Source of the DNA: Octopus vulgaris | Lineage: Eukaryota | NCBI GenBank assembly: GCA_951406725.2 | Contig: OX597818.1 | Coordinates: 122,140,001 to 122,204,000, forward strand | Length of the DNA: 64,000 bases | Direction: 5' to 3' | Part shown: positions 29,664 through 43,339 of the stretch, in pieces | How positions within the stretch are numbered: position 1 is the stretch's first letter | How the letters are laid out: every line of letters starts with the position of its first letter | Notes under the pieces: generated by a model | The model's input: only the letters and a program-made list of their open reading frames with translations | Databases searched by the model: none | What the model was told of the DNA's origin: nothing | Translations under genes and position numbers: made by a program

Positions 29664-30200
29664 GTGGAGGCGCGTGGCTTAGTGGTTAGGGTGTCAGCAT
29701 CATGATTGTAAGATTGCGGTTTCGATTCGTGGACCGGGCGACGCGTTGTGTTCTTGAGCAAAACACTTCATTTCACTCGAGTGGCAAAAACGAGTAACGC
29801 TGCGATGGACAGGCATCCCGTCCAGCTGGGGGGAACACATACGCCATTGAAACCGGGAAGCCGGGCCCATGGGCCTGGGTAGGGTTTAAAAGGGTGCAGT
29901 GGAGGCACAGTGTCCCGGCGGTTAGGGCAGCGGACACGCGGTCGGAGGATCGCGGTTTCGATTCCCAGACTGGACGTTGTGTGTGTTTATTCGGCGAAAA
30001 CACCAGAAAGCTCCACGAGGGTCCGGCAGGGTGGGGGGCACCCCTGTTGTACTCTTTTGCCCCAACTTTCTCTCACTCTTTCTTCCTGTTTCTTGGATAA
30101 AGCTGCGATGGACTGGCGTCCCGTCCAGCTGGGGGGAACACACACGCCACAGAAACCGGGAAACCGGGCCCATGAGCCTGGCTAGGCTTGAAAAGGGCTC
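29664..30200 (+). mobile_element. Two tRNA-headed SINEs head-to-tail (29664-29898 and 29899-30200) sharing the MetaSINE-like tail
   Basis: Both start GTGGAGGC, contain GGTTTCGATTC and end GCTGCGATGGAC...CCCGTCCAGCTGGGGG...GAAACCGGG...AAAAGGG. Confidence 0.88.
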
Positions 30201-30245
30201 ATGAAAAAAAATTATATATATATATATATGTAAGTATGTATGTAT

Positions 30246-30500
30246 GTAAAAATTTAGATTCAAATGAATATGGTACTTAATTTAGATGCGCCAGAATTTT
30301 GTATGGTGTTATCCATAAAAATTTGTGGGGTGATTATAATCAAAATAAGAAACAAGAATGACTCCAGTAATTTGATACAATCATATCGTACTACATCATT
30401 TTATTAAATGTTGTAAGTGTTACAACAGATTTAAGATGCTGAGTACTCATCAGCCAATTATAGAGGTTTTCTATTAATACAAAAGTTTCCAAATCAAAAT
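30246..30500 (-). mobile_element. Hammerhead-bearing non-coding element, family E (homologous to 62005-62287)
   Basis: GTAAAAATTTAGATTCA..GAATATGGTACTTAA...GGTGTTATCCATA...GGGGTGATTATAATCAA is shared with 62011-62110. Confidence 0.8.
30369..30459 (-). ncRNA. Type I hammerhead ribozyme, decayed (GAAA to GATA)
   Basis: aattgg-CTGATGA-gtact...agtac-GATA-tgattg-TA-tcaaatt. Stem II base is a perfect 5-bp pair and the stem II domain is 59 nt. Confidence 0.7.
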
Positions 30501-30774
30501 TTTCTTATTTTGATTATGTATGTATGTTTGTATGTATGTATGTATGTATGTATGTATGTATGTATGTATGTATGTATGTATGTATGTATGTGTGTATGTA
30601 TGTGTATATGTATGTATGTATGTATAAGTGAATGTACACACATACACACATATATATATATATATATATACATGTGTGTCAGTGTGTTTGTTTCAGTATA
30701 TGTATGTGTATTTCGTAAATGGCGTGTATAGTTTTGTGGTTTCTTTATATATGTCCTCTTTTCTTTTTTTATTC

Positions 30775-31120
30775 TTTCATTCGTTTCAGTCAGTTGGCTG
30801 CAACCATGCTGGAGCACCGCCTTTAATCGATCAAATCGACCCCATGACTTATTCTTTGTACGCCCAGTACTTATTCTATCGGGGACGTAAACACACCAGC
30901 ATCGGTTGTCAAGTGATGGGGAGGAGGCAAACACAGACACACAAAGACACACACACACCTATATATATGACGTGCTTCTTTCAGTTTCCGTCTGCCAAAT
31001 CCATCCACTCACAAGGCTTTGGTCGGCCTGAGGCTATAGTAAAAGGCACTTGCCCCAGGTACTACGGAGAGGGACTGAACGCGGAACCATGTGGTTGAGA
31101 AGCAAGCTTTTTACCACACA
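30775..31120 (-). mobile_element. SINE family A copy
   Basis: Co-linear with 29193-29561. Confidence 0.88.
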
Positions 31121-31178
31121 ACAATTTATTATCTTCATATATTCTTTCCTTGTGCACACTCATTCACATATATACAGC

Positions 31179-31209
<31 letters not shown>

Positions 31210-31475
31210 CATACATACATGCAAACATATATATATATATATACTTCATTCTTGTGAATAGCATAAATACATAGAGACATATATATGAATACATGTACAT
31301 ACACATACACACACATATATATACATATATGTATATATACACACACACACCACACATATTTACATATATATATATGTATATATGCATATATACTTACATA
31401 TTTCATTCCTTTCTATAGAATATATAGAAACATGCATACATAGATACATACATAGATACATACATACATACATAT

Positions 31476-31538
<63 letters not shown>

Positions 31539-31659
31539 GTATATATATATATATATATATGTATGTATATATATATATATATATGCATATATATGCTTAC
31601 ATACTTCCTTCTTTTCTATAGAATAAAGTACAGATAAAGGTTTTATAGAATATATGCAT

Positions 31660-31860
31660 GAAAAAATATTTGCCAATTCGTTAGTGGATTTAGAGAAAAG
31701 CATCTGAGTATTGGTCTGTGGGAACAAAACTGATTTTATGTTTTGAGAACGTCAGAAATTATCCGTTGCTAGCTTCACGTGGTATTTCATTGTTAGTGAG
31801 AATTCGAATGAAAAATTGAAAAAAGCATTCAAGCTGTAACTCGGAAGCAATTATTCAATA
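31660..31860 (+). pseudogene. Possible decayed Ras-superfamily small GTPase fragment (G4-G5-alpha5 region)
   Basis: Manual translation [44 protein letters not shown]. NKxD motif after a hydrophobic strand, with in-frame stops. Confidence 0.3.
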
Positions 31861-32406
31861 GGGGATACAGCATATAAAGTACAATTTTCTTAGAATTATG
31901 TTCATTAGGAGATTCAGAATTCGATGAATACAAGCAGCAGACAACACATGTATTCCTGTTGGTTTCAGAATTTTACTTTGCAATCGCGTGGACGCAGCCC
32001 CGGTCACATTGTGCAACATTGTGGCTAGTGCACTTCAGCCGTATCTTCGATTTGACTAATACGGTGTGAGTAGGATTTAGTTAACAAGGACATTGCGTAG
32101 AAACTCGTCGTTTACACACACACATGCGCGTGCGCATATTGTCAATAAATAATAAATCCAAAAGAGAGACACACACTAAGTCATAGAACAGTAGATTATT
32201 TAGAATGACAGTTATGGCCGTTCATAGGGTTATCCAGGGTTTCGCGTGCATAAAGCGCTTAGCTCAAAATCCGTCTCGTGAGACACCAATGGGTCTAAAT
32301 ATATACACATACATACATAATACACACACACACACGCACACACGCATATGTATACAGTGTATATATATATATTTATATATATATACGTGAATGGATAGGT
32401 CAAAGG

Positions 32407-32517
32407 ATCGCTACAAGTGTTTCAATAGCATTTGGCCATTTGTCAACAATATGTAATAATTACGCAATATTACATAATTTATTATTATTACATAACCGCA
32501 CTATTTCTTCAGGCGAT
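32407..32517 (-). ncRNA. Type I hammerhead ribozyme with intact core
   Basis: atcgc-CTGAAGA-aatagtg...tgctatt-GAAA-cacttg-TA-gcgat. Stem I is a perfect 5 bp and the stem II base is 7 bp (2 G-U). GUA cleavage triplet, predicted cut between 32412 and 32411. Confidence 0.85.
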
Positions 32518-33114
32518 ATGTATCCTACCGTTAGCGCAATCAAATCAAGATAGGGAGGTAAAAATAATTTGTAAGCATAATTATATTGAAGGCAAGTTTC
32601 ATTTGAAGGTACATAAGAAATATATACTTTTCAAAAGGGAGAGGATATAGTTAGACCTAGGACAAATTAAATCATCATATATGCAAAGGTAGCAAAATTA
32701 GCGCCTACATGTGCAGTGAAGAGTGGCCATATAACCATAACACTTTTCTCATGAGTGCCCTCTAAAGTTTAAAGAGGAGCCGTTTCTGATAATATATAAT
32801 TTAACTATCAACACGATATTCTTACAAACTGGTATCAACAGCCAGTAGTCATGTAACTGATGTCAAAACATTTATAAAGTAATACTGTTCGAAATATACC
32901 GGTTTTATATTCGTAACATAATTGTTCAGCAACAAGAATATAAGTGTTGGGATCGTTCTCTTTCGACTTATAATAAAATAAGACACCTGTATGGCCAGAG
33001 TCCATACAGTTCTGTACCACTTACATCCTAACAAAGTAGCCAGTAAATTATATGGCAACTATGAAACATTTGTTAGGAACTGAATTAAAAGGAAATTATT
33101 TGATATGGGTTTTT

Positions 33115-33480
33115 CTTTTAGTTGTTTCTGTCATTTGACTGCGGCCAGGCTGGAGCACCACCATTAGTCGAACAAATCGACCCGCAGGACTTATTCTTTG
33201 TTAGCCTAGTACTTATTCTATCGTTGGCTTTTGCCGAACCGCTAAGTTACGGGGACGTAAACATACCAGAATCGGTTGTCAAGTGATGTTGGGGGGACAA
33301 ACACACACGCACACATATATACGACAGGCTTCTTTCAGTTTCCGTCTACTAAATCCACTCACAAGGCTTTGGTCGGCCCAAGGCTATAGTAGAAGACACT
33401 TGCCCAAGGTGCTACGCAGTGGGACTGAACCCGGAACCATGTGGTTGGTAAGCAGGCTACTTACCACACAGCCACTCCTG
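33115..33480 (-). mobile_element. SINE family A copy, well preserved
   Basis: Co-linear with 29193-29561, A/B boxes at the 33420-33480 end. Confidence 0.92.
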
Positions 33481-33738
33481 TTTATTCAGATATCTGACGT
33501 ATTAAATTATTAAATATGTTAATACTGATTCATTTAAGCGGGATAACATACCACTTGGTGATTTTTGGCATTGGAGTATAATGCGAAGCAAAAGAAGTTT
33601 GAAATTGTATAATTATTTGTATACATCACGCATACATACATACATACATACATACATACAAACAAACATACATACATACATACATACTTACGTACGTATG
33701 TACTTATGCATGCATGTATGTATGTATGTATGTATATA

Positions 33739-33783
<45 letters not shown>

Positions 33784-33787
33784 ATAC

Positions 33788-33850
<63 letters not shown>

Positions 33851-34569
33851 TATATATATATAAACAATGAAAATATAACTTGCTATTAAAGCCTTCTCTT
33901 CCTCCCAATTAACGTTCCTAATGGAAATAACCTTTTACCTGATAGCATAATTTACATATTCAAAATAAAAGATATAAATACGAAATCTCTGAAAAGATTT
34001 CGAGAAAAGTTTGGCACAAAATAAATAATTTTCTTTCAATTAAATAATAAAGATATTCACTACCTTCTAGCTCATTTTAACTTCTATTTAAGATTCATTT
34101 CTACACTGTATTTAATTTTGTTTCTGTCGATTGAAAATATTCATTATGTAGAATTTCTGATTATTTCATCAGTAACATTTATCAACTCATCCAAATGAAT
34201 GCACTTCCTTAATGATAATCGTTCTTTGTTTTCTCTCATAAGATTCCAATTTCATTCATGTCTGAAATGTATTCTCGCTTCTTTTCAGACAACCATTGTA
34301 TTTGCCCTTAGCTGTTATTTTACTTTATTGAAACTCTGTTTTTGTTCCTTGTAAGAAAGAATGAGTGGATGTAACAAAAGCAAAATCATCGGGTGCGTAT
34401 ACAATACTCTTAACATTCATTTTGTTTCAACAACCTTCTCGGCAAATAAAATACACAACACATTATTTTTATACACCACGCATTGTATGTACACACAACA
34501 CACAGATACGTACATAACTACATGCATACATACATGCTAAAAACGTCCTTCGATGCTTTCACGGTGACA

Positions 34570-35564
34570 ATTTAAGTCTACCACCGAAGAGCACAGAACA
34601 CAAAAGATTCTGATCAAATACCGGAAAATCGTTTCACTCACTAACAATCCTGTCAATTCCTTGGATTGGTACATTTATTTTATCAACCCCAAAGTGTTGA
34701 AAGTCAGATCTAACCCTGGTAGGATTTGAAATCAGTGCAGAGAACAAGAGTAAAAACTGCAAAATATTTTGTCATATACTTTAGCTATTCAAAATTTGCC
34801 ACTTCTTAAATACTACAATGTATACTGAATTACTTTCTTTCTTTCTATATATTTTTGGAACTCGGTATATTGCAAAGATAGAGCAATTATTCTTGGAAAA
34901 TCGAACTACTGTGTAATGTTTCATCATTGACTTGATTTGCCACAATGTTTTAATATATTCAGATTCGTCTCTATGTAATTTGAATATTTATTGGACTTCA
35001 CAAACGTGTGTGTAACTTTTTGTGTGTGTAGAAAATGGTGCACTTTACAGGTGTCTCGACTTCCTAGTGATTCAGAATACAAGAGCTAAAAGCAAATATT
35101 TTAGCTATGCCACCCACTATCTTCATATGCCAAATTATGAAAGATGCGATTAAACAAATTATTTCAGTCCAGCCATTCACCTATCCACCCACCGATCAAA
35201 CGATCGATCGATCCATCCATCGAGCAACCGCTCGCTCGCTTGATCCATCCATCCATCCATCCATCCATCCATCTTCAAACATGACTGCATTTCAGTGGAG
35301 AACGGGGCATGCTCAGGCAGGCTATCCACAAGCCGAAACGAGGAGCCGATTGAGAATTTTCGGCAATTAGTCATGGAAGACCGTTGTGTAAGAATCCATG
35401 AAAGTAGGAATAAGCACAGGATAAATGCGTTTTGATCTAACGAAGGATTTGTGCATGAGAAAAGTGTTGGCGAAAAATTAAAGTGGGAGACTTTTTGAAG
35501 GTAGCTCGTATTCCAACTTTCCTCGTCAAGAACAACACACCACTTGTTCGACAGACTCCCCAAA
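34570..35564 (+). repeat. Local segmental duplication, copy A (paralogous to 35985-37983), with mariner fragment 35273-35564
   Basis: ATTTAAGTCTACCACCGAAGAG...GATTCTGATCAAATACCGGAAA starts both copies. Co-linear to the (TCCA)n tract, then jumps to mariner sequence matching 37691-37983. Confidence 0.9.
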
Positions 35565-36554
35565 TAGTCGCCCCAAAGTCCCCAGTCAGTTGCTACATAG
35601 TATCCAAATAGTCACTACATCGTTATGTGTAGCAAATATTTGTTAATTGATCTTAACATCACCTAGGGGTGGGTCTTTGTCCCCTTTTTACCTAAATTGC
35701 TTTGGCATGATAGCTTCCCTTGCATCCAAAGAATGAATATAAGCATATGCAAACGCTCAATGGTACGGGTTTGATACATATTTTGTTTATGGTAATCACC
35801 CTTCCTCGAGAAGACCTTTAGTTGGAAGTATTTCAGCTGTAACCATCTTGTGCTTTTAATAATATCTTCTTTGTTACCCTCTCATCAGGAAGGGAAGCAT
35901 AACATCTAGTTTTAGCCTTCTTTGCAATGTCTTGGAGACTATTACGGAAACGATAGTAAGGTATCATCAACCTGAGCAGCTACGATTTAAGTCTACCACC
36001 GAAGAGTACAAAGCACAAAAGATTCTGATCAAATACCGGAAAGTCGTTTCACTCTCTAACAGTCCTGTCAACTCCTTGGACTGGTGAATTTATTTTATCA
36101 ACCCCAAAGGGCTGAAAGTCAAATCTAACCCTGGTAGGATTTGAACTAAGTGCAGAGAACAAGAGCAAATACTGCAAAATATTTTGTCATATACTTTAGC
36201 TATTCAAAATTTGCTACTTCTTTTTTTAAAATATTTTTTGGAAGTCGGTATATTGCAAAGATTAAGCAGTTATACGTGGCAAACCGAGCTACTGTACAGG
36301 GGTTTCACCGTTGACTTGACTTGACTTAATATTCTAATATATTCAGAGTTGTCATTATTAATTTGAATATTTATTGGACTTCAGAAATTTGTGTGTAACT
36401 TTTGTTTTGTGTTTGTAGAAACTGGTGCACTTTACATGTGTCTCGACTTCCTAGTGATTCGGAACACAAGAGCAAATATTTTAGCTATGCCCCCACCCCG
36501 CCCACTGTCGTCATATGCTAAATTATGAATGACGCGATTAAAGAATTGTTTCAA

Positions 36555-36980
36555 TCCAGCCATTTACCTATCTACCCATCCATCCGTCCATCCATCCATC
36601 CACCCATCCATCCATCCATCCATCCATCCATCCACCCATCCATCCACCCATCCATCCATCCATCCATCCATCTACCCATCCATCCACCCATCCATCCACC
36701 CATCCATCCGCCCATCCATCCATCTACCCATCCATCCATCCATCCATCCACACATCCATCCATCCATCCATCCACCCATCCATCCATCCATCCATCCATC
36801 CTTCCATCCATCCCCGCATCCATCTACCCATCCATCCGCCCATCCATCTTCCTATCCATCTGTCCATCCATCCATCCATCCATCCACCCATCCACCCATC
36901 CATCCATCCATCCATCCATCCAGCCAGCCATCCATCCAGCCAGCCGTCCGTCCGTCCACCCATCGTACATTTATCCATCT
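36555..36980. repeat. (TCCA)n / (CCCA) tetranucleotide tract
   Basis: Direct reading. Explains the PSIH/MDGW ORFs. Confidence 0.98.
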
Positions 36981-36999
36981 TCACTATCCGCTATTCATA

Positions 37000-37270
37000 A
37001 GAAGGTCGTGGGGGTAGACTCCTCAAGCACCTCACCTATAGTGTCCTACCAGAAGTAGCCATTATTACGCTTCCCGGCTGAATCCCAAAGGATGACCAAC
37101 TGAGATTAAAGATATTACTTAACCATCTCGATCTTGGTCAACGCCTAGTTTTCGTGATAGCTGACTCAGCTTTAAGAATCCGTCTTACGATTCTTTCCTG
37201 TAACATTCTGAACGCGTGTCCGTACTAGCGAAGCTGTAACTTCTCAGTGCGCAAAAGATTAACTTGAAAA
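37000..37270 (-). mobile_element. RTE-clade LINE 3' fragment, decayed
   Basis: Manual translation LLRTEKLQLR*YGHAFRMLQERIVRRILKAE...PRSRWLSNI..LSWSSFGIQP...LPPRP, matching the RTE post-RT pattern QLRWxGHxxRM...GRPxxRW. Confidence 0.8.
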
Positions 37271-37340
37271 TAACTTACATCATCAAGAAATTAAAAATAC
37301 ATATGTTAATATATGTAATCCTCATAAGAGATTGTAATTT

Positions 37341-38236
37341 TACGGTATGCTTTCAGAATGTACCCGACTTTATTTTCCCCCACCTAAACTAATGCTGCGT
37401 GGGCAACATCCACTGGGTGGAATGTGATGCCCCTTTCCTACTCATGCGCGAAAGTTTTCTCGCCGGTAGCTTTCGTCAAATCCCGGCTGTTACGCCTAGA
37501 GTACAGACGTGTAGTGCGTACTTTACGGATTTTCGTTTTCACTCAAAATAACCGAACATATCGAGCAGAGACATTGCATCAAATTTTGTCAAAAGCTTGG
37601 TCATACTCAATTTCAAACCATCTAAAAGATGTAACAGGCATTTGGCAATGATGCCATGGGCAAAGCTCAGATCAAGGAGTGGTACAACAGCTTCAGACAT
37701 GACTGCATCTTAGTAGAGAAAGGAGCACGCTCAGAAAGGCCACCTACAAGCCGAAACGAGGAGCCGATTGAGAAGGTTCGGCGAACAGTCATAGAAGACC
37801 GTTGTGTAAGAATACATGAAAGTGGGAATGATTACAGGATAAATGCGTTTTGTTTTATCGGAGGACTTGTGCAAGCGAAAAGTGCTGGCGAAAAATTAAA
37901 GTGAGAGACTTTTGTAAGATACCCTGTATTCTACCTTGCCTGGTCAAGAACAACAAGCCATTTGTTCGACAGGCTTTCCAAACTGAAAATCACGCTGAAA
38001 AGGAAGCGATTTGAGTTGCAAGAGGCAATTATGAGGAAAGCGACTGCGAAGCTCTATAGTATTCCAGAGAAGGCGGTCCAGAAGTGTTACCAGCAGTGCC
38101 AGAATCGTTGGGAGAAGTGTGTGAACTTTCAAGGGGAGTAATCTGAAAGGTGATTAAACAAAGTTTATGAAATGTAAAAGATTGTTCTCTTTGTTTTTAT
38201 GCTGAAAGGTCGGATAATTTTTTAACACACCTCGTA
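37341..38236 (+). mobile_element. Mariner DNA transposon, internally deleted and non-autonomous
   Basis: N-terminal HTH region EQRHCIKFCQKLG...QAFGNDAMGKAQIKEWYNSF...RSERP.TS and C-terminal KLKITLKRKRF...QNRWEKCVNFQGE. Degenerate TIRs with TA ends. About 0.9 kb, with most of the catalytic core missing. Confidence 0.9.
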
Positions 38237-39189
38237 TACGTTGTTATTTAGAAACGTTCTTAAATATTAATATTCTTAAATGGGTTTTTTTCTGGTTGAA
38301 ACAATACTTTTTAATTAGTTTCACTATTTTGCAGGAACAATTAACAAACGAGAAAACAGGATCTGCTTGTAATACTAGTTAAATAAGCACTAAAATCATA
38401 TTCTAACTTTCAAAATGATAAGAAAAGAAAAACACTTTGGATTATATAGATTAACATCCATTAACATCTATTCCTACATATCGATTAATATGACGTAATA
38501 TATTCCTACATGCCATTAAAATGATGGGATGATTACAGGTAGTACTCTTTTGATCATAGATTTCTTCTACCAGAATCGACCTGGTCTAACGAAAAATGAA
38601 AACAGCTACGAGTGCAACAACAACAATAACAGCAACAACATTTAGCAAATATATTCTCCATAGGATATACGCTAAACAAGCTAAACTAGATAATTGCTTG
38701 TTTATTCTAATTTAAATTCATACGGTGAAATATTTTTACAGACTGTAACGCCATGCATATTTCAAAACTATTCTCCCATAAGATTTTCTAGTTTTTCTCC
38801 AATAATATGCTCGTATGAGAGATGCAATTTAATAAAATATTACTCACTAATATCTGCCACAAATGTTTACGTCAAATGATGAATTATGTTTCAAGCAATT
38901 AGCATCAAATTATGCAAAAATACTAATTAATTTTTTTTAGAAACATTTCTTGTAAAACGTATTCTATGTAACAAACAAAACTACATACATACATAGATAC
39001 ATACATACATAAATACATACATACATACATACATACATACATACATACATACGTAAATACATACATACATACATACATACATACATACATACATACATAC
39101 ATACATACATACATACATACATGTATATATATACACGCAACGACGTGCGCAATGTGTGGGGAAGTGTTTACACATGCAAATATGTTTAT

Positions 39190-39535
39190 CCTTTGCTTGT
39201 TTCAGTCATTAGGCTGCGGCCATGCGGAGGCACTGATTTGAGTAATTTTTGTCGAATGAATCGACATCGGTACTTTAATTTTTTCAAGTGTGGCACTTAT
39301 TCTATTAGTCCCTTTTGCAAAACCTCCAGGTTACAGGAACATAAACACACCATCACTGGTGATCGAGCGGTCGTGGATAGGGGTGGGGGGAAAGGTGCAA
39401 ACACACAGACAGACACACACGCGCAAGGTTTCTTTAAGTTTCCGTCTACGAAAACCACCTACAAAGCTTTCGTCAGCCCAAGACAAAAGCAGAAAACACG
39501 CAATGGTGGCACGTAAGCGTCTTACCAAACAGTCA
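39190..39535 (-). mobile_element. SINE family A copy, degenerate
   Basis: TTGTTTCAGTCATTAGGCTGCGGCCATG...AGTTTCCGTCTAC...CTTACCAAACAGTCACT. Confidence 0.75.
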
Positions 39536-39536
39536 C

Positions 39537-40027
39537 TCATACATACATACATTCATACATACATACATTCATACATAAATACATGTATACATGCATACAT
39601 ACATACATACATACATACATACATACATACATGCATACATACATACATACATATATAAATACATGCGTACATACATACATACATAAATAGATGTACACAT
39701 GCATACATACATAAATAGATGTATACATGCATACATACATACACACATGCATACATAAATACATGCATACATGCATACATACATACATACATACATGCGT
39801 ACATACATACATACATACATACATACATAAATAGATGTATACATGCATACATACATACATACATGCATACATAAATACATGCATACATGCATACATACAT
39901 ACATACATACATACATACATGCATGCATACATACATACATACATACATAAATACATGCATGCATACATACATACATAAATACATACATAAATGCATGCAT
40001 ACATGCATACATACATACATACATACA

Positions 40028-40060
<33 letters not shown>
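39537..40060. repeat. (TACA)n/(TGCA) tetranucleotide tract
   Basis: Direct reading. Explains the MYVC ORFs. Confidence 0.98.
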
Positions 40061-40062
<2 letters not shown>

Positions 40063-40159
40063 GCATGCCTACACCCACATACACACGTTTCGAATATACG
40101 CTCGAAATATTGTTTTATCCCAAATTCTAATGATTAATTCACGGATAGGAAGAAAAGAA

Positions 40160-40271
<112 letters not shown>

Positions 40272-40488
40272 ACCTAGAGTAAGCTATAGGGCCACTTTGG
40301 TTTCGTCGGATTTCAGAGTTAACCGCACACTGTGAAGTGTATTTTTTTCTTTTTAAGACAGTAGCGTGTGGTTTTCCAGAAATATGATTGTCATTCCTGG
40401 GAAACTGAATCATTAATAATATAAAGGGTCATTCATCTGTTTTACACATGTATCTGTGTGTGTGTGTGTGCGCGTGTATGTGTGTGTG

Positions 40489-40519
<31 letters not shown>

Positions 40520-40886
40520 GTATATATGTGTATATATATATACATACATACGTGTGTGTGCACACTTGTGTGGATTTCTATACGTGTACATGCATGGTTG
40601 CATATATATATATATATATATATATACATCTATTGAACGTATGTGTGGGTGCGAATGTGTGTGCTTCATGTGAGTCTGAGTGAGCATATGCATATAGGCA
40701 CATGTGCGTGCGCGATTGCTATGAGCTTTCTTAATCCTTTACTTTTTACTTTGTACTTCCTCCCCTTCGGTTTTTCTCCCTTAGCTAACGGTTCATTCTA
40801 ATAGCTTTCTTGCCTTAATAACAGTCAATTTCATAGTAATTTCCCTTTGTTTAACGGTCATTTTCATAGCATGTTTTAATTGCCTC

Positions 40887-40947
40887 GATAACTGAAGAGA
40901 TGCCGATGCAGGTTTCCGCTCCGACATCCGAAACTCGGAGTTTTATC
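40887..40947 (+). ncRNA. Type I hammerhead ribozyme, near intact
   Basis: gataa-CTGAAGA-gatg...catc(c)-GAAA-ctcggag-TT-ttatc. Stem I perfect 5 bp, near-palindromic stem III ACTCGGAGT, GUU triplet. About 110-nt tail then (TA)n. Confidence 0.78.
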
Positions 40948-41518
40948 ATAGCAACCGAATAATTGTCACATATTATATTACAAATAAATTCCTCTATTTT
41001 CATAATGTCGAGGTCTCTTTCATTATTTCGTTGCCTTACCATTACTATTCATATATATATGTATACACACTCACACATGCACACACAACTATCTATCTAT
41101 CTATGTATTTATCTATATATATACACACACACACACACATATATATTGTTATATATATATATATATATATATATACCGCAGTCGTCTTTGAGTTTCCGTC
41201 TACCAAATCTACTCACAAGGCTTTCAGTTAAAAGATCCATAAAGTATCAAGGCATATCAGTGTGAAGCACGTCACTTATTGGCTAGACAGAAATACGCTG
41301 AGCAGACGGGGAAGCAACCTCTTCTCAGCGTAGAATGCATGGATGAAGCTGGGTAATCTGCAATCTCAATAGTATACAAACTATTCACAGAAGAATAGGC
41401 TACATAGTGTGGTACAACGCTTTGTACATCTCAAATATAGGAATTTTGAGTTGTAATCCCATCCGTTGTGAATTACTGAGTAAGTCAACAAGTCAGTGGG
41501 TCATTCCGTTTTGTGAAA

Positions 41519-41616
41519 TTACCTGATGAGCTTCGGACTTGCATAATTTACTGCATAATCTAAATAACTGTATTTTGCACATATCAAAATAAAAACTTAG
41601 AAAGCAATTGTAGCAA
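41519..41616 (+). ncRNA. Type I hammerhead-like motif, decayed
   Basis: ttac-CTGATGA-(70 nt)-GAAA-g-CAATTG-TA-gcaa. Palindromic CAATTG as in the 58-kb motifs, but stem II is poor. Confidence 0.5.
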
Positions 41617-42301
41617 CACTGGGAATTCTATTTTAATTTTTAAAATCTTATATGTGCATACATACATTCATAATACATACATGTACACACACACACACAT
41701 GCATACACACATGCGCTCGTATAGATGTATTTGTGTGTATGCGTGTTTGTGTGTGTGTGTGTGTGTCTGTGTGTGCGCGAGTGTGGTTTATTCGAAGAGG
41801 TATTGGTGGCACCTTAACCCTTCGTAAGACTACAGAAACCGGTGGAATAAAAGTGGAAATGGAATCAGGGAAACACTGAAGAATCGAAATCGCCATCAAA
41901 TCAACAATCAGCCTCATACATGACAGATGACCTGATTACTTGAAATAAAGTAAAGTTTATTATCCCGACTCACGATTCCGACGGTGGCGTTAATCAAGGT
42001 GATGATTTATGCTAGCCACTGTTAGGTGTATGTTGGTTATTTTGGTAAAGTCTGCTGAACGATTGTATATATTGATTGGCTATTTTGCGTAAATGTGGAG
42101 TACATTTAATAATGAAGATGAATTGTTGAGATAGATTCACAATTGCGATGGAATAATAAATTGGTGATATCTTTCTGATTCTTTAGCAGTAGCTTTTTTG
42201 TGTGAGTTTAGTGTGGATGCTGTTTCTATGATCGATGTTGTAACGTGAGCAATGTTTCATGTGCTATTGTAAAACAATAATAATACTGCTCGACAGGCAT
42301 G

Positions 42302-42368
<67 letters not shown>

Positions 42369-42572
42369 GTACCTACACACACATACACAGAATATCGCAT
42401 TTACGCATATATTATATGCATATATATATATATTTATATATATACATATAGATATATATATATGTGTGTGTGTGTGTGTATGTATGTGTATATATATATA
42501 TATATATATGTATGTATATTTGTGTTTATGTATACACATATTCACCTACGTTATTGTAATATCATATATGTT

Positions 42573-42616
<44 letters not shown>

Positions 42617-42750
42617 TCTCATAAACATGTATGTAATTCATGTATGTGCATATATCTTTTGTATGTGGAGATAGGTGCTAACATATATGTATATACACGC
42701 ACACATACAGATATACATATGTCCATATGAATGCACATGCGCACACGCAC

Positions 42751-42800
<50 letters not shown>

Positions 42801-43263
42801 TCATACACGTAACAGGTATTCATATACTAAATATGTTACGTCTAAAATAATCTTTCCCGTTTTTTATGTCAAATCTCACACTTCATTAGGCACCTCGCTT
42901 CATGCGTTGAGTTCTTTGTTCACGTAAAATGCAGTCAAAGATCCGTTAATAAAATCACTGATGTTCACCTGTATTCCAGAAATAATTGCATTGTTGAGCC
43001 ACTATGGAATATAACCATATTTCAATATGTTGTTTCACTCGTCAATCTCTATGCATATTCATTCACATCAAACGCATTGTTTTCCTATCCACGTTAACAA
43101 GGAGTGATGAAACGAAAGCCATAAAAATAATAATAATAACAATATAAATATATAATAGGACCAACCCTACTATTAAAGTTATTGCTATTATTGTTATTAT
43201 TATTACAGCCATTATCATCATCATCATCATCATCATCATCATTATTATTATTATTATTATTAC

Positions 43264-43336
<73 letters not shown>

Positions 43337-43339
<3 letters not shown>

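Larger units (their letters stand above)
35985..37983 (+). repeat. Local segmental duplication, copy B
   Basis: Matches copy A. Contains a longer (TCCA)n tract, an RTE fragment and the 5' part of the mariner. Confidence 0.88.

Noticed and set aside
32230-32295. Minus-strand gcg...cgc-GAAA-ccctgg-ATA-accc next to the intact hammerhead
   Set aside because: The CUGANGA half is not recognisable (TTGAGCTA), so it was left uncalled.
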